From Cyanobacteriota bacterium (GTDB lineage Bacteria > Cyanobacteriota > Cyanobacteriia > PCC-6307 > Cyanobiaceae), in the NCBI GenBank assembly GCA_046052125.1, contig JBJOMY010000001.1:96001-160000 (forward strand): a stretch of 64,000 bases of DNA. The letters run 5' to 3'. Each line of letters opens with the position of its first letter. Position 1 is the stretch's first letter. The translations under genes and the position numbers were made by a program. This document shows, piece after piece, positions 10,581 to 22,933 of the stretch. A model generated the notes under the pieces. That model saw nothing but the letters and a program-made list of their open reading frames with translations. It was not told the origin of the DNA and did no database searches.

Positions 10581-11785
10581 GCGCCGCTTCCTCCCTGCTT
10601 CAACCGCTGCAGCGGCAGTGGCAACGGTTGATTCGCCAGTGGCAGCGCTTGCCGCTGATGGATCGCTGGCTCTCCTCAGAGCTCTTGGGACCTCTGTTGT
10701 TTGGCATCGCCGCGTTCACGGCGGTGTCGCTCTCGGTGGGGGTGGTGTTCGAGCTGGTGCGCAAGGTGGCCGAGGCCGGCCTGCCCCCACTGGTGGCCAT
10801 GCAGGTGCTCGGCTTGCGCTTGCCGGGTTTCCTGGTGCTCTCCTTCCCGATGGCCACCTTGATGGCCACGTTGCTCGCCTTCAGCCGCCTGTCGAGCTCA
10901 AGCGAACTCACGGCGCTGCGCAGCATCGGTGTGCCCACCTGGCGGATGGTGGTTCCAGCCCTGGCCGTGGCCGCGCTGATGACCGTGCTCACGTTTGTGT
11001 TCAACGATGTGATCGTGCCGAGCGCCAACCTCGCTGCCGCCGACACCCTCGATTCAGCCCTGGGCCGCTCGATTGCCGCTGAACGGGGCGACAACGTGGT
11101 GTATTCCCGCTACGCGCAGATCACCACCACCGACGAAGACGGCAAAGAGCGCAGCAGCAACGATCTGGCGCAGCTGTTTTATTCGCGCCGCTTCCGCGAA
11201 GGAAAGATGTACGAGGTGACCCTGGTGGATTTCACCAAGGCTGGTCACCAGCAGCTGCTCATCGCCAAAACGGGTGTGTGGAATGAGCCGCGCAGCATGT
11301 GGGAGTTCCGCGATGGCCGCATCGTGGATATCGACAGCGCCAACAACCGCACCACCTCAGCGGATTTCGATCGCTACTTCTATCCCTTCACCAAGGCCCC
11401 CCTTGATGTGGGCAAGCTCCCCAGCGACGCGGCCCAGATGACGGTGGCCCAGGCCTGGCGGGCTGAGGCGTTGCTGCAGCAGGCCGGTGATCGCAAGGAA
11501 GCGCGGCGCCTGCGGGTGCGGATTCAGGAGAAATTCGCCTTCCCGGCGATCTGTCTGGTGTTCGGGTTGATCGGCAGCAGCCTGGGGGTGCGGCCCAATG
11601 CCCGCACCAGTCGCAGCCAGGGCTTCGGGATCAGCGTGCTGCTGATCTTTGGTTACTACTTGATGTCGTTCATCTTCAGCTCCCTGGGGATTAAAGGCAC
11701 CCTGATGCCCTTCTTCGCCGCCTGGATGCCGGTGTTCATCGGCCTGGGCGGTGGTTTGGTGCTGTTGAGACAGGCCAGTCGGTAG
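10577..11785 (+). CDS. LptF/LptG family permease
   Basis: Six-TM layout, [10 protein letters not shown] motif, coupled to lptB. Confidence 0.88.
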   Translation: MSAASSLLQPLQRQWQRLIRQWQRLPLMDRWLSSELLGPLLFGIAAFTAVSLSVGVVFELVRKVAEAGLPPLVAMQVLGLRLPGFLVLSFPMATLMATLLAFSRLSSSSELTALRSIGVPTWRMVVPALAVAALMTVLTFVFNDVIVPSANLAAADTLDSALGRSIAAERGDNVVYSRYAQITTTDEDGKERSSNDLAQLFYSRRFREGKMYEVTLVDFTKAGHQQLLIAKTGVWNEPRSMWEFRDGRIVDIDSANNRTTSADFDRYFYPFTKAPLDVGKLPSDAAQMTVAQAWRAEALLQQAGDRKEARRLRVRIQEKFAFPAICLVFGLIGSSLGVRPNARTSRSQGFGISVLLIFGYYLMSFIFSSLGIKGTLMPFFAAWMPVFIGLGGGLVLLRQASR

Positions 11786-11817
11786 CCCACACTTCACGGC
11801 AGACTGGCGAGCAACCT

Positions 11818-12759
11818 TTGCGTTCTTCGCCCCCCTTCGTGACCGATCCGGTTCTGGCCCTTGGCCTCGGCGCCTTTGCCTTGCTGTTGCTGGCGCTTCC
11901 TGTGGCGTTCTGGAGTGTGAGTGGCTCCGGCCAGGGCAGTCAGGCTGTGCGGCTGATGGTGGCGGCTGCCAACCTCGCCCTCACCGCCCAGCTGGTGTTG
12001 CGTTGGTGGCAGTCGGGCCACTTCCCGATCAGCAACCTCTACGAATCGCTCTGCTTCTTGGCCTGGGCCTGCACCCTCACCCAGCTGTTGGTGGAGCGCA
12101 GCTACCCCTCGCCAATCGTGGCGGCTGCGGCTACACCAATGGGCCTGGGCTGTGTGGCCTTCGCCAGCTTTGCCTTGCCTGATCAGCTGCAGCAGGCCGC
12201 ACCGCTGGTGCCTGCCCTGCGCTCCAGCTGGCTGGTGATGCACGTGAGCGTGATCATGGTGAGTTACGCCGCCCTGTTGGTGGGCTCGCTGCTCTCCCTG
12301 GCGGTGCTGTTCACCGATCGCGGCCAGGAGTTGGAACTGCGCAGCAGCTCCATTGGCAGTGGCGCGTTCCGCCAGGCCAGCCTTGCGGTGGATGGCGGCT
12401 CCGCCGGCGGCCTGCAGCTCAGTAGCGCCAGCCTGTCGCTCAGCGAGCAACTCGACAGCCTCAGCTACCGCACGATCACCGTGGGCTTTCTGTTGCTCTC
12501 GATTGGCATCGTGAGTGGCGCCGTGTGGGCCAACGAGGCCTGGGGCACCTGGTGGAGCTGGGATCCCAAGGAAACCTGGGCCCTGATCTGCTGGTTGGTG
12601 TATGCCGCTTACTTGCACACGCGCCTGAGCCGCGGCTGGCAGGGGCGCCGCCCGGCGATGGTGGCCGTGGCCGGCCTGGTGGTGATTTGCGTTTGCTACA
12701 TCGGCGTGAACCTCCTGGGCATCGGCCTGCACAGCTACGGCTGGTTCCTTAGCGCCTGA
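11818..12759 (+). CDS. ccsA: System II cytochrome c biogenesis protein (CcsA/Ycf5)
   Basis: SNLYES, WLVMHV, WWD motif [24 protein letters not shown]. Confidence 0.94.
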   Translation: MRSSPPFVTDPVLALGLGAFALLLLALPVAFWSVSGSGQGSQAVRLMVAAANLALTAQLVLRWWQSGHFPISNLYESLCFLAWACTLTQLLVERSYPSPIVAAAATPMGLGCVAFASFALPDQLQQAAPLVPALRSSWLVMHVSVIMVSYAALLVGSLLSLAVLFTDRGQELELRSSSIGSGAFRQASLAVDGGSAGGLQLSSASLSLSEQLDSLSYRTITVGFLLLSIGIVSGAVWANEAWGTWWSWDPKETWALICWLVYAAYLHTRLSRGWQGRRPAMVAVAGLVVICVCYIGVNLLGIGLHSYGWFLSA

Positions 12760-12800
12760 TCGCCTGACAGGGCATCGACCGAATCAACCCTGAACAGCGA

Positions 12801-12839
12801 AAAACCCCGCTCTGTACAAGCCGTACAGAGCGGGGTTTT
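12801..12839. terminator. Bidirectional terminator between convergent ccsA and rpe
   Basis: 17-bp perfect stem AAAACCCCGCTCTGTAC-aagcc-GTACAGAGCGGGGTTTT. Confidence 0.75.
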
Positions 12840-12914
12840 GTTCTGATTGCCCTTTCGCAAGTCCGCGGCAGGCCGGAAAGGCCCCCGCGAGACTGGATCT
12901 GGGCGCTGTTGTGA

Positions 12915-13598
12915 TCAGGCCGCCACGGCCACGGGGCGCTTGCTGTTGCGGATGCCGGTGATGGCATCGGCGTAGCTGGGCTGGTTGAACACGCCCGAGC
13001 CGCTCACGATGGCATTGGCACCGGCTTCGATCACCTTCCAGGCGTTCTCGGCCTTGATGCCGCCATCCACTTCGATCCAGGGGTCGAGGCCGCGCTCATC
13101 GCACATGCGGCGCAGGTCGCGGATCTTCTGCACCTGGTTCTCGATGAAGCTCTGGCCGCCGAAACCGGGGTTCACGCTCATCACCAGCACCAGGTCGCAC
13201 AGCTCAAGGCAGTACTCGAGGGTGTCGATCGGGGTGCCAGGGTTGAGTACGGCGCCGGCCATCTTGCCGAGGTCCTTGATCTGGGCCAGGTTGCGGTGCA
13301 GGTGGGTGCAGGCTTCCACTTGCACAGAAATGATGTCGGCGCCGGCCTTCGCAAAGTCGGCCACATATTTCTCGGGCTCCACGATCATCAGGTGCACATC
13401 CAGCGGCTTCTGGGTCACCGGGCGCAGGGCCTCAACGATCAGGGGGCCGATGGTGATGTTGGGCACGAAGCGGCCATCCATCACATCCACGTGAATCCAG
13501 TCGGCACCGGCCTGATCCACAGCGCGCACGTCTTCGCCGAGGCGGGAGAAATCGGCCGAAAGGATCGACGGCGAGATCACCAGGGGTTTGGTGCTCAT
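12915..13598 (-). CDS. rpe: Ribulose-phosphate 3-epimerase
   Basis: [36 protein letters not shown]. Confidence 0.96.
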   Translation of the reverse strand: MSTKPLVISPSILSADFSRLGEDVRAVDQAGADWIHVDVMDGRFVPNITIGPLIVEALRPVTQKPLDVHLMIVEPEKYVADFAKAGADIISVQVEACTHLHRNLAQIKDLGKMAGAVLNPGTPIDTLEYCLELCDLVLVMSVNPGFGGQSFIENQVQKIRDLRRMCDERGLDPWIEVDGGIKAENAWKVIEAGANAIVSGSGVFNQPSYADAITGIRNSKRPVAVAA

Positions 13599-13831
13599 GG
13601 CAGCGCTGCTGGCAGGGGAGATGGGCGATTGTAGGAATGCACCTTCCAAGGGCCTTGGATGGGCGCTTGCTGGTGCTCGAATCCCCTTTGGAAGCACTGA
13701 TACAGTGAGCGGCGCTTCAAGCCTGAAAGGCCTTGGTGTTGCTGGCCGAACCGGCTGTTTACGCGGTTCCGGCGGTCACGATCCCAAGCACCTCCTGGCG
13801 TTGACCTCCCCTTCCCTTCGCTGCACCGCCT

Positions 13832-14836
13832 GTGGATCGCACCCTGATTCAAGAAATTCTCGAGGTTGTTGAGCAGGCAGGCATCGCTTCCGCCAAGCTC
13901 ACCGGCATGGGCCTCAAGAACGAGGCTGACGCCGCCGCCGTGGAGGCGATGCGCGAGCGCATGTACAAGATCCAGATGCAGGGCCGCATCGTGATCGGCG
14001 AGGGCGAGCGCGACGAAGCGCCGATGCTCTACATCGGTGAGGAAGTGGGCAGCGGCACCGGCCCCGGCGTTGACTTCGCTGTGGACCCCTGCGAAGGCAC
14101 CAACCTCTGCGCCAACAGCCAGCGCGGTTCGATGGCCGTGTTGGCCGCTTCCGACCGCGGTGGTCTGTTCAACGCCCCCGACTTCTACATGAAGAAGCTG
14201 GCTGCTCCCCCGGCCGCCAAGGGCAAGGTGGACATCCGCAAGTCGGCCACCGAGAACATCAAGATCCTGAGCGAGTGCCTCGGCCTCCCCGCTGAAGAGC
14301 TCGTGATCGTGGTGATGGACCGCGCCCGTCACAAGGATCTGATCAAGGAGATCCGCGCCACCGGCGCCCGCGTGCAGCCCATCTCCGATGGCGATGTGCA
14401 GGCCGCCATCGCCTGTGGTTTCACCGGCACCGGCACCCACTGCCTGATGGGCATCGGCGCCGCTCCCGAAGGCGTGATCTCCGCCGCCGCCCTGCGCGCC
14501 CTGGGTGCTCACTTCCAGGGTCAGCTGGTGTACGACCCGGCCGTGGCTCAGACCTCCGAATGGGAAGGTCTCACCAAGGAAGGCAACCTGGCCCGCCTGG
14601 CCGAGATGGGCATCACCGATCCCGACCGCGTCTACGAAGCTGAAGAGCTGGCCTGCGGCGAGAACGTGGTGTTCGCTGCCACCGGCATCACCGATGGTCT
14701 GCTGTTCGACGGCGTGAAGTTCGAGAAGGACTGCACTCGCACCAGCTCCCTGGTGATCAGCACCCTGGACAACACCGCACGCTTCACCACCACCGTGCAC
14801 ATCAAGGACGGCGCCCAGAGCATCGCTCTGCGCTGA
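13832..14836 (+). CDS. glpX: Class II fructose-1,6/sedoheptulose-1,7-bisphosphatase
   Basis: [39 protein letters not shown]. Confidence 0.96.
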   Translation: MDRTLIQEILEVVEQAGIASAKLTGMGLKNEADAAAVEAMRERMYKIQMQGRIVIGEGERDEAPMLYIGEEVGSGTGPGVDFAVDPCEGTNLCANSQRGSMAVLAASDRGGLFNAPDFYMKKLAAPPAAKGKVDIRKSATENIKILSECLGLPAEELVIVVMDRARHKDLIKEIRATGARVQPISDGDVQAAIACGFTGTGTHCLMGIGAAPEGVISAAALRALGAHFQGQLVYDPAVAQTSEWEGLTKEGNLARLAEMGITDPDRVYEAEELACGENVVFAATGITDGLLFDGVKFEKDCTRTSSLVISTLDNTARFTTTVHIKDGAQSIALR

Positions 14837-14922
14837 TCTCCCAAGCTCCGGCCGGGTTGCTCCTCAGCGGGGGCAACCCGGCTTCCGCTTTGTTCCGTCC
14901 TTCACAGACCAGTCCCGCCTCC

Positions 14923-16227
14923 ATGCACATCGCCGTCGTCGGCCTCAGTCACCGCACGGCCCCGGTGGAGATCCGGGAACGGCTCAGCATTGCTGAGCAG
15001 GCCATGGAGGAGTCGCTGCAGCGCCTGCGCGCCAGCGACGATGTGCTCGAGGCCTCGATCCTCAGCACCTGCAATCGACTGGAGATCTACACCCTGCTGC
15101 GTCATCCCGAGCTGGGGGTGAACGCCGTGGGGACCTTCCTCAGCAATCACTCGGGGCTTGAGCTGGAGCAGCTCACTCCCCACCTGTTCACCTACCACCA
15201 CGAAGAGGCGGTGGCGCACCTGATGCGAGTTGCCGCTGGCCTCGATTCGCTCGTATTGGGCGAGGGCCAGATCCTCTCCCAGGTGAAGAAGATGGTGCGC
15301 CTCGGCCAGGAGCACCGCTCCATCGGCCCGATCCTCAATCGGCTCCTCACCCAGGCGGTGAGCACCGGCAAACGGGTGCGCAGTGAAACCAACCTCGGCA
15401 CCGGCGCGGTGTCGATCAGTTCGGCTGCTGTGGAGCTGGCCCAACTGAAGGTGGGCCAGGCCCGCGGTGTCGACGATCTGGTCCCCCTCGATCAGGAACA
15501 GATCGCCGTGGTGGGCGCCGGCCGCATGGCCCGGCTGCTGCTGCAACACCTGCAGGCCAAGGGGGCCCGGGGTGTGGTGCTGCTCAACCGCACGGTGGAG
15601 CGCGCTGAGCAGATGGCCACCGACTTTCCGGGGCTGCCTGTGCAATGCCGGCCGCTCACCGATCTCGATCACTGCCTGAGCACCTGCTCGCTGGTGTTCA
15701 CCAGCACCGGCGCCGACGATCCGATCATCACGTCCGAACGGCTTGAGAAGCTCAACCGCCGCTCCTCGCTGATGCTGGTGGATATCGGCGTGCCCCGCAA
15801 CATCGCCGCCGGTGTCGGCGAGCTCAGCGGCGTGGACTCCTACGACGTGGACGACCTCCAGGAGGTGGTGGCCCGCAACCAAGAGGCCCGTCGCGAGATT
15901 GCCGCAGAAGCCGAAGGCATGCTCCGCCAGGAGGGGCGCGACTTTCTTGATTGGTGGGATGGCCTTGAGGCTGTGCCCCTGGCCAATCGCCTGCGCACCC
16001 AGCTCGAGGAGATCCGCGAACAGGAGCTGCAGAAGGCCCTGAGCCGCATGGGCCCGGACCTCTCAGCCCGCGAGCGCAAGGTGGTGGAGGCCCTGAGCAA
16101 GGGCATCATCAACAAGATCCTGCACACCCCTGTGACCAACCTGCGGGCACCGCAGCCGCGGCAGCAAAGGCACCAAGCGATGAAGGTGCTCGAGGAGTTG
16201 TTCGAGCTGCAAGAGCCCCAGGAGTGA
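14923..16227 (+). CDS. hemA: Glutamyl-tRNA reductase
   Basis: GLSHRTAPVE, STCNRLE, LDSLVLGEGQIL, GAGRM, DIGVPRN. Confidence 0.96.
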   Translation: MHIAVVGLSHRTAPVEIRERLSIAEQAMEESLQRLRASDDVLEASILSTCNRLEIYTLLRHPELGVNAVGTFLSNHSGLELEQLTPHLFTYHHEEAVAHLMRVAAGLDSLVLGEGQILSQVKKMVRLGQEHRSIGPILNRLLTQAVSTGKRVRSETNLGTGAVSISSAAVELAQLKVGQARGVDDLVPLDQEQIAVVGAGRMARLLLQHLQAKGARGVVLLNRTVERAEQMATDFPGLPVQCRPLTDLDHCLSTCSLVFTSTGADDPIITSERLEKLNRRSSLMLVDIGVPRNIAAGVGELSGVDSYDVDDLQEVVARNQEARREIAAEAEGMLRQEGRDFLDWWDGLEAVPLANRLRTQLEEIREQELQKALSRMGPDLSARERKVVEALSKGIINKILHTPVTNLRAPQPRQQRHQAMKVLEELFELQEPQE

Positions 16228-16346
16228 GCGGCTGAGGCTGCGCTTGTGACGCGGCCTTTCGGTTTTCAGCCAATCTGCTCAGAAGGCTTTCGGTCCGGCC
16301 ATTGCTTCGCCTACCGTGCTGGCGCCCAAGGCACAAGGGATCAGGT

Positions 16347-17642
16347 ATGAAGCGCGTTCTGGCGATCATTCTCGGCGGCGGAGCCGGCACGCGCCTCTAC
16401 CCGCTCACCAAGATGCGCGCCAAGCCTGCCGTGCCTCTGGCTGGTAAATATCGATTGATTGATATTCCGATCAGTAATTGCATCAACTCAGGCATCAACA
16501 AGATGTATGTGTTGACGCAGTTCAATAGCGCCTCGCTCAACCGTCACCTCACCCAGAGCTACAACCTCTCCTCTGGGTTTGGTCAGGGTTTTGTGGAGGT
16601 GTTAGCAGCTCAGCAGACGCCCGATAGCCCCAGCTGGTTTGAAGGCACCGCCGATGCCGTTCGCAAATACCAGTGGTTGTTCCAGGAATGGGACGTGGAC
16701 CACTACCTGATCCTCTCCGGTGACCAGCTCTACCGGATGGATTACTCCACCTTCGTAGACCATCACATCAAAACTGGCGCTGACGTGAGCATCGGCGCCC
16801 TGCCGGTGGATGCCGCCCAGGCCGAGGGCTTCGGCTTGATGCACACCAACGACCACGGCCGCATCCAGGAGTTCCGCGAGAAGCCCAAGGGTGAGGAACT
16901 CAAGGCGATGTGGGTGGATACCTCACGTCTCGGGTTGTCATCGGATGAGGCGCTGAAGCGGCCCTATCTGGCCTCGATGGGCATCTACGTGTTCAGCCGT
17001 GACACGCTGTTTGATCTGCTGGCCAAAAACCCCGGCGCCACCGACTTCGGTAAGGAGATCATTCCCGAATCCCTGAGGCGTGGCGACCATCTGCAGAGCT
17101 TCCTGTTCGACGACTACTGGGAAGACATCGGCACCATCGGCGCCTTCTACGAGGCCAACCTGGCGCTCACCGATCAACCGAACCCGGCCTTCTCCTTCTA
17201 CGACGAACAGTTCCCGATCTACACCCGTCCCCGTTACCTGCCCCCCAGCAAACTGCTGGATGCGCAGGTGACCCAATCGATCATCGGCGAAGGCTCGATG
17301 CTCAAGGCCTGCAGCATTCACCACTGCGTGCTCGGCGTGCGTACTCGCGTGGAAGACGAAGCGGTGCTTCAGGACACCCTGGTAATGGGCAACGACTTCT
17401 TTGAATCCAGCGAAGAGCGCGCGGTGCTGCGGGAGCGCGGCGGCACTCCCCTGGGTGTCGGCCGCGGTACGACGGTGAAGCGGGCCATCCTCGATAAGAA
17501 CGTGCGCATCGGGCGCGACGTGACGATCGTGAACAAGGACCGCGTGGAAGAGGCTGATCGCCCTGAGCTCGGCTTCTACATCCGCAACGGGATCGTGGTG
17601 GTGGAGAAGAACGCCACCATCGCCGACGGCACGGTCATCTGA
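16347..17642 (+). CDS. glgC: Glucose-1-phosphate adenylyltransferase
   Basis: [38 protein letters not shown]. Confidence 0.97.
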   Translation: MKRVLAIILGGGAGTRLYPLTKMRAKPAVPLAGKYRLIDIPISNCINSGINKMYVLTQFNSASLNRHLTQSYNLSSGFGQGFVEVLAAQQTPDSPSWFEGTADAVRKYQWLFQEWDVDHYLILSGDQLYRMDYSTFVDHHIKTGADVSIGALPVDAAQAEGFGLMHTNDHGRIQEFREKPKGEELKAMWVDTSRLGLSSDEALKRPYLASMGIYVFSRDTLFDLLAKNPGATDFGKEIIPESLRRGDHLQSFLFDDYWEDIGTIGAFYEANLALTDQPNPAFSFYDEQFPIYTRPRYLPPSKLLDAQVTQSIIGEGSMLKACSIHHCVLGVRTRVEDEAVLQDTLVMGNDFFESSEERAVLRERGGTPLGVGRGTTVKRAILDKNVRIGRDVTIVNKDRVEEADRPELGFYIRNGIVVVEKNATIADGTVI

Positions 17643-17761
17643 TCGGTGGATCTGCCACCTGTGATCTGATCCCCACACACACAGGTGGCAGTTGGCAACA
17701 GTGAGGCTGCACAAGGCTGCAGCCTCGCCACACTGAGCCAAACAGTGTCCGCAAGCGCGTC

Positions 17762-19177
17762 ATGGACAAGGCCCATTTCGGTCTGATTGGTCTCGGTGTG
17801 ATGGGCGAGAACCTTGTGCTCAATGCGGAGCGCAATGGCTTCTCCAGCGTGGTGTACAACCGCACCTACGCCAAGACAGAGGAGTTCCTCAACGGTCGTG
17901 GCGCCGGCAAGCAGATCATCGGCGCCACCAGCCTCGAAGATTTCGTTAGCAAGCTGCAGCGCCCCCGCCGCATCTTGATGATGATCAAGGCGGGCGATCC
18001 GATCGACGCCATGATTCAGCAGATCTCACCGCTGCTGGAGGAGGACGATCTGTTGATCGACGGCGGCAACTCCCTCTACACCGACACGGAGCGGCGCGTC
18101 GCCGAGCTTGAGAGCAAGAGCTTTGGCTACATCGGCATGGGCGTCTCCGGTGGCGCCAAAGGTGCTTTAGAGGGGCCGAGCATGATGCCCGGCGGCACCA
18201 AAGCGGCCTACGACGCGATCGAGAGCCTGGTGCGCAAGATGGCCGCCCAGGTCGACGATGGCCCCTGCGTTACCTACATCGGTCCTGGTGGTGCCGGCCA
18301 CTTCGTGAAGACCGTGCACAACGGCATCGAATACGGGATCGAGCAGATCCTCGCTGAGGCCTACGACCTGATGAAACGCGGCGCCGGCATGAACGGCGAG
18401 GCGATGGCCGATGTGCTCAAGCAGTGGAACGCCACCGAAGAGTTGTCGTCGTTCCTGGTGGAGATCACGGAGATCTGCCTGCGCACCAAGGATCCCGCCG
18501 ATGGCGGCGACCTGGTGGAGAAGATCGTGGATGCCGCTGGCCAGAAGGGCACGGGCCTCTGGACCGTGGAGAGCGCCCTGCAGATGGGTGTGCCCGTGCC
18601 CACTATTTACGCCGCGCTGAACGCCCGGGTGCTGAGCTCCATGCGCAAAGAGCGCATGGCTGCCGAATCCCAGCTGGCACCGCCGGCCTCTCGCACCATG
18701 ACCCTCGGCTCCCCCGCCGATGCCATGGCGCCGTTGATGGATGCCTGCGTGCTCGCCTGCATCGCCAGCTACGCCCAGGGCATGGCGCTGCTGCAGGAGG
18801 CCTCATCGCTGCACAACTACAACCTCGACATGTCGGCGATTGGGCAGATCTGGAAGGGGGGCTGCATCATTCGCGCCCGCCTGCTGCAGCGCATCCAGAA
18901 CGCCTACACCGCCAAGTCTGATCTGCCCAACCTGATGGTGGATCCCTGGTTCGCCGATCAGATCCGTCGCCGTATCGGCGGCCTGCGCCAGGTGGTGGCG
19001 GGAGCCGCCCAGGCCGGCATCCCTGTGCCCTGCCTGAGCAGCTCGCTCGATTACATCGACAGCTACTTCACCGGCCGCTTGCCCCAGAACCTGGTGCAGG
19101 CGATGCGCGACTGCTTCGGCTCCCACACCTATGAGCGTGTGGATCAGCCGGGTGCCTTCCACACCGAGTGGATGTGA
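17762..19177 (+). CDS. gndA: NADP-dependent 6-phosphogluconate dehydrogenase
   Basis: GLGVMG, VHNGIEYG, GQKGTG, RDCFGSHTYER. Confidence 0.96.
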   Translation: MDKAHFGLIGLGVMGENLVLNAERNGFSSVVYNRTYAKTEEFLNGRGAGKQIIGATSLEDFVSKLQRPRRILMMIKAGDPIDAMIQQISPLLEEDDLLIDGGNSLYTDTERRVAELESKSFGYIGMGVSGGAKGALEGPSMMPGGTKAAYDAIESLVRKMAAQVDDGPCVTYIGPGGAGHFVKTVHNGIEYGIEQILAEAYDLMKRGAGMNGEAMADVLKQWNATEELSSFLVEITEICLRTKDPADGGDLVEKIVDAAGQKGTGLWTVESALQMGVPVPTIYAALNARVLSSMRKERMAAESQLAPPASRTMTLGSPADAMAPLMDACVLACIASYAQGMALLQEASSLHNYNLDMSAIGQIWKGGCIIRARLLQRIQNAYTAKSDLPNLMVDPWFADQIRRRIGGLRQVVAGAAQAGIPVPCLSSSLDYIDSYFTGRLPQNLVQAMRDCFGSHTYERVDQPGAFHTEWM

Positions 19178-19191
19178 GCGGGGCCAAGCCG

Positions 19192-19908
19192 ATGAGCCCC
19201 ACCTACAAGCTGGAGGTGGTGAGCGATGCCACCCAGCTGGCCCAAAACTGCGCTGAGCGCATCGCCGCCCTGATCGATCTGGCGCTCGACGAGCGTGATC
19301 GCGCCCATATCGCCCTCTCCGGCGGCACCACGCCGGCGGCGGCCTACCGGGTGCTCAATCAGGAGCATCTGCCCTGGAATCGGGTGGATGTGGTGCTGGG
19401 TGATGAGCGCTGGGTTCCCCCCACCGATCCCGCCAGCAATGCCCGCATGCTCAGGGACACCTTGTTGGCAGGGGCTGGTCCTGGCGCTTCCGCGCGCTTC
19501 CATCCGGTGCCAACGGAGCTCGCGTCACCCGAGGCTTCGGTGGATGCCTTTGAAACCTATGTGCGCGAGCTCTGCCCAGGGGATCCGCCGATCTTCGATG
19601 TGATGCTCCTGGGATTGGGCGATGACGGCCATACGGCGTCGCTGTTTCCCGGCACCCCGGCCACCCGCGAACGGAACCGTCTGGTGACAATCGGTGCGGG
19701 CAAGGGGATGGAGCGGATCAGCCTCACTGCGCCGGTGCTCAGCGCCGCGCGGCAGGTGATCTTCTTGGTGAGTGGAGCGGCGAAGCGCCAGGCGCTCCAG
19801 CGCTTGCTTGATCCAGCGGAGCAGCCGGAGCGCACACCCGCCAAGCTGGTGCAACCCCAGGCACCGGTGTTGGTGCTGGCGGACACTGAGGCTGCACAAG
19901 GGATCTGA
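19192..19908 (+). CDS. pgl: 6-phosphogluconolactonase
   Basis: ALSGGTTP, GDERWV, GLGDDGHTASLFP. Confidence 0.94.
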   Translation: MSPTYKLEVVSDATQLAQNCAERIAALIDLALDERDRAHIALSGGTTPAAAYRVLNQEHLPWNRVDVVLGDERWVPPTDPASNARMLRDTLLAGAGPGASARFHPVPTELASPEASVDAFETYVRELCPGDPPIFDVMLLGLGDDGHTASLFPGTPATRERNRLVTIGAGKGMERISLTAPVLSAARQVIFLVSGAAKRQALQRLLDPAEQPERTPAKLVQPQAPVLVLADTEAAQGI

Positions 19909-20459
19909 TGCTCGCTCCACTGCCCATCGCCAGCGGCGATGGCTTCGCCGGTTGGCAGGCGCTCAACGACACGATCATGGGCGGCCGCAGCCGCGGCACC
20001 GTGCAGGCCACCTCGGAGGGTCTGGTGATGGACGCGTTTGTGGAGCCGGAAGGGGGCGGGTTTGTGAGCTGCCGTTCGCCGGTGTTTGATCCACCGCTGG
20101 ATCTCTCCAGTTATGGAGCCTTGGAGCTGCAACTGGATGGCGATGGCCGCCGCTTCAAGCTGGCGCTGGCCTGCCGCGACGGGGTGGCGGGGCTCACGGA
20201 GTTGATTCCAGGCGGCCTGCGCTGGGTGTCTGAATTTTCCACCCGCAGCCAGGGCACTTCATCGGTGGTGATTCCCTTCAGTCGTCTCACCCCGAGTGTG
20301 CGTGCCACGCCGGTGGGCATGCCGGTGCGTTTTGATCCGGCCCGCATCACCCGCCTGCAGATCCTCCATTCCAAGTTCGGTGACATGGGCGGCCGCAACC
20401 CCGGCTTCCGGCCTGGTGAGCTGCGGCTCCTGATCCGCTCGATCTCCGCTGTGGTGTGA
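19908..20459 (+). CDS. CIA30 family protein
   Basis: NDTIMGGRS, GGGFVSCR, GDGRRFKL. Confidence 0.85.
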   Translation: MLAPLPIASGDGFAGWQALNDTIMGGRSRGTVQATSEGLVMDAFVEPEGGGFVSCRSPVFDPPLDLSSYGALELQLDGDGRRFKLALACRDGVAGLTELIPGGLRWVSEFSTRSQGTSSVVIPFSRLTPSVRATPVGMPVRFDPARITRLQILHSKFGDMGGRNPGFRPGELRLLIRSISAVV

Positions 20460-20465
20460 GCGCCG

Positions 20466-20882
20466 ATGGACAGCTTCGACGCCAGCCCCTTTGAGCAGTT
20501 TCTGGCGGAGATCGCCAAGGCTGCTGATCTGTGTTTCAAGCCCTACCGCCACGGGCTGCGCTTCAGCGGCGAGCCGCCCACGAGCATCGGTGAGTGCAGC
20601 GATTGCGCCTTGCTGATCGAGGCGCGCGATGGTGATGGTGTGCGGCTCCCTGAGCGCGATCTCGAGCTGGAGATCTACCGCAGTGGAGCCGATCTCAACT
20701 TGATGCTGAGCTGGGTGAGCGATGAGCAGGCTCCAATGCTCTGGCACGGGAGCCATCCGGTGTGGATGCAGGCCTCCAGCGGCGAGCGCTGTGAGCGCCC
20801 CAGCGATGGGGCACCACTGGAAGCGCTCTGCCGTCGCCTCAGGGCGATCCTGGTGAGTGAGCCGATCAGCGATTCGCGCTGA
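20466..20882 (+). CDS. Hypothetical protein
   Basis: Coding-like codon usage, 6 nt after CIA30 gene. Confidence 0.65.
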   Translation: MDSFDASPFEQFLAEIAKAADLCFKPYRHGLRFSGEPPTSIGECSDCALLIEARDGDGVRLPERDLELEIYRSGADLNLMLSWVSDEQAPMLWHGSHPVWMQASSGERCERPSDGAPLEALCRRLRAILVSEPISDSR

Positions 20883-22554
20883 GCTCGGCCTGGTCGGTCA
20901 CGGCACCTTTGCTGCTGCTGCTCACCAGGCGGGCGTATTTGCCGAGTACACCGGTGCGGTAGCGGGGCTCGGGCTTGCTCCAGGCGGCGCGGCGCTGGGC
21001 GATCTCCTCCTCGCTCACGTTGAGCTGAATCAGCAGCTGATTGGCATCCACGGTGATGCTGTCGCCTTCCTGCACCAGGCCGATGGTGCCCCCCACGGCG
21101 GCTTCCGGGGCGATGTGGCCGATCACCAACCCGAACGATCCGCCGGAGAAGCGGCCATCGGTGATCAGAGCCACCGAATCGAGCAGGCCCTGGCCCACGA
21201 TCGCGGCGGTGGGGCTGAGCATCTCGCGCATGCCGGGGCCGCCCACGGGACCCTCATTGCGCACCACAACCACATCGCCGGGGTTGATCTGCTTGTCGAG
21301 GATGGCGGCGAGGCAGGTTTCCTCGCTCTCGAACACGCGGGCGGGGCCGGTGATCACCGGATTCTTCACGCCGCTGATCTTGGCCACGGCGCCCTCTTCG
21401 GCCAGGTTGCCCTTGAGGATCGCCAGGTGGCCCTTGGCGTAGAGCGGGTTGCTCAGGGGACGGATCACGTCCTGCCCGGCGGGGGGCTCGGAGGGCACAT
21501 CGGCCAACACCTGCTTGAGGGTTTTGCCCTCAATCGTTTTGCAGTCGCCGTGCAGAAGTCCGGCGTCGAGCAGGAGCTTCATCACCTGGGGGATGCCACC
21601 GGCTTGGTGGAGATCCACGGTCACGTAGCGGCCGCTGGGCTTGAGATCACAGATCACGGGCACGCGCTGGCGGATTGTCTCGAAGTCGTCGATCGAGAGA
21701 TCCACGCCGGCGGTGCGGGCCACGGCGAGCAGGTGCAGCACCGAGTTGGTGGAGCCGCCCACGGCCATGATCACGCTGATGGCATTTTCAAACGCCTCGC
21801 GGGTCATCAGATCGCGGGGAAGGATGTTCGCCTTGATCGCATCGGCCAGCACCTCGGCGCTGCGGGCGGCGCTGTCGGCCTTCTCGGGATCTTCAGCCGC
21901 CATGGTGGAGCTGTAGGGCAGGCTCAGGCCGAGCACCTCGAAGGCGGCGCTCATCGTGTTGGCGGTGAACATGCCGCCGCAGCTGCCAGCGCCGGGGCAG
22001 GCGTTTTTCTCGATGGCGGTGAGCTCCTGCTCGTCGATCTTGCCGCCGCTGTACTGACCCACCGCCTCAAAGGCGCTCACCACGGTGAGGTCGCAGGCGC
22101 CGAGCTTGCCCGGTTTGATCGTGCCCCCGTAGACAAAGATCGAGGGGATGTTCATGCGGGCCATGGCGAGCATGGCGCCGGGCATGTTCTTGTCGCAGCC
22201 GCCGATCGCCAGCAGCGCATCCATGCTCTGACCGTTGACGGCCGTTTCGATCGAATCGGCGATCACCTCACGGCTCACCAGGGAGTACTTCATCCCCTCG
22301 GTGCCCATGGAGATGCCATCGCTCACCGTGATCGTGCCGAACATCTGCGGCATCGCCCCGGCGGCATGGGCTGATTCCTCCGCGCGGCGGGCAAGATCAT
22401 TCAGCCCCAGGTTGCAGGGGGTGATGGTGCTGTAGCCGTTGGCGATGCCGATGATCGGCTTGGTGAAGTCAGCGTCTCCGAAGCCCACCGCCCGAAGCAT
22501 GGCGCGGTTGGGGGAGCGCTGGATGCCTTGGGTGATCGCGGCTGAGCGGAGCAT
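20866..22554 (-). CDS. ilvD: Dihydroxy-acid dehydratase
   Basis: [38 protein letters not shown]. Confidence 0.96.
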   Translation of the reverse strand: MLRSAAITQGIQRSPNRAMLRAVGFGDADFTKPIIGIANGYSTITPCNLGLNDLARRAEESAHAAGAMPQMFGTITVSDGISMGTEGMKYSLVSREVIADSIETAVNGQSMDALLAIGGCDKNMPGAMLAMARMNIPSIFVYGGTIKPGKLGACDLTVVSAFEAVGQYSGGKIDEQELTAIEKNACPGAGSCGGMFTANTMSAAFEVLGLSLPYSSTMAAEDPEKADSAARSAEVLADAIKANILPRDLMTREAFENAISVIMAVGGSTNSVLHLLAVARTAGVDLSIDDFETIRQRVPVICDLKPSGRYVTVDLHQAGGIPQVMKLLLDAGLLHGDCKTIEGKTLKQVLADVPSEPPAGQDVIRPLSNPLYAKGHLAILKGNLAEEGAVAKISGVKNPVITGPARVFESEETCLAAILDKQINPGDVVVVRNEGPVGGPGMREMLSPTAAIVGQGLLDSVALITDGRFSGGSFGLVIGHIAPEAAVGGTIGLVQEGDSITVDANQLLIQLNVSEEEIAQRRAAWSKPEPRYRTGVLGKYARLVSSSSKGAVTDQAELSANR

Positions 22555-22610
22555 GGCTGCGGCGGTGGTGTAGCAGCAACCTACCGAGCGGCTGGGTCAG
22601 CGAGCCCAGC

Positions 22611-22907
22611 TCAGTTCTGGGTGCTCATGCTCTCGAGCTGGCGTCGCACGTCTTCGATTGCCTGGTTGAGCTCGTGCACCTTGTCTTGAAGCTCGGCTTC
22701 GCGCACCGGACGGTTGCTGGCCGTGGTGTCCAGCTCCTCGTCTTCATTCCAGGAGAGGCGATTGATGCGCAGGCTGCGCTCCTGGCGCTGGCTGGCGCGC
22801 CGGCGCTCCGCCTCAGAGAGCAGCCACCAGCCCAGGCCAGCGGCACCAATCAGGGCCCCGGCCAGCAGGGTTCCCAGAGACCCGGAACTGCTGTCGCGGT
22901 TGGCCAT
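22611..22907 (-). CDS. Hypothetical protein with N-terminal TM and coiled coil
   Basis: Sits between upp and ilvD on the same strand; coding-like composition. Confidence 0.65.
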   Translation of the reverse strand: MANRDSSSGSLGTLLAGALIGAAGLGWWLLSEAERRRASQRQERSLRINRLSWNEDEELDTTASNRPVREAELQDKVHELNQAIEDVRRQLESMSTQN

Positions 22908-22933
22908 GGCGCCGTTGGCTTAGTGGAGCGACC

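Noticed and set aside
4181..22374. Long antisense ORFs (4181..5707, 7534..8448, 11794..12732, 13595..14800, 14902..15882, 20857..22374)
   Set aside because: Shadow frames of well-identified high-GC genes; no motifs of their own
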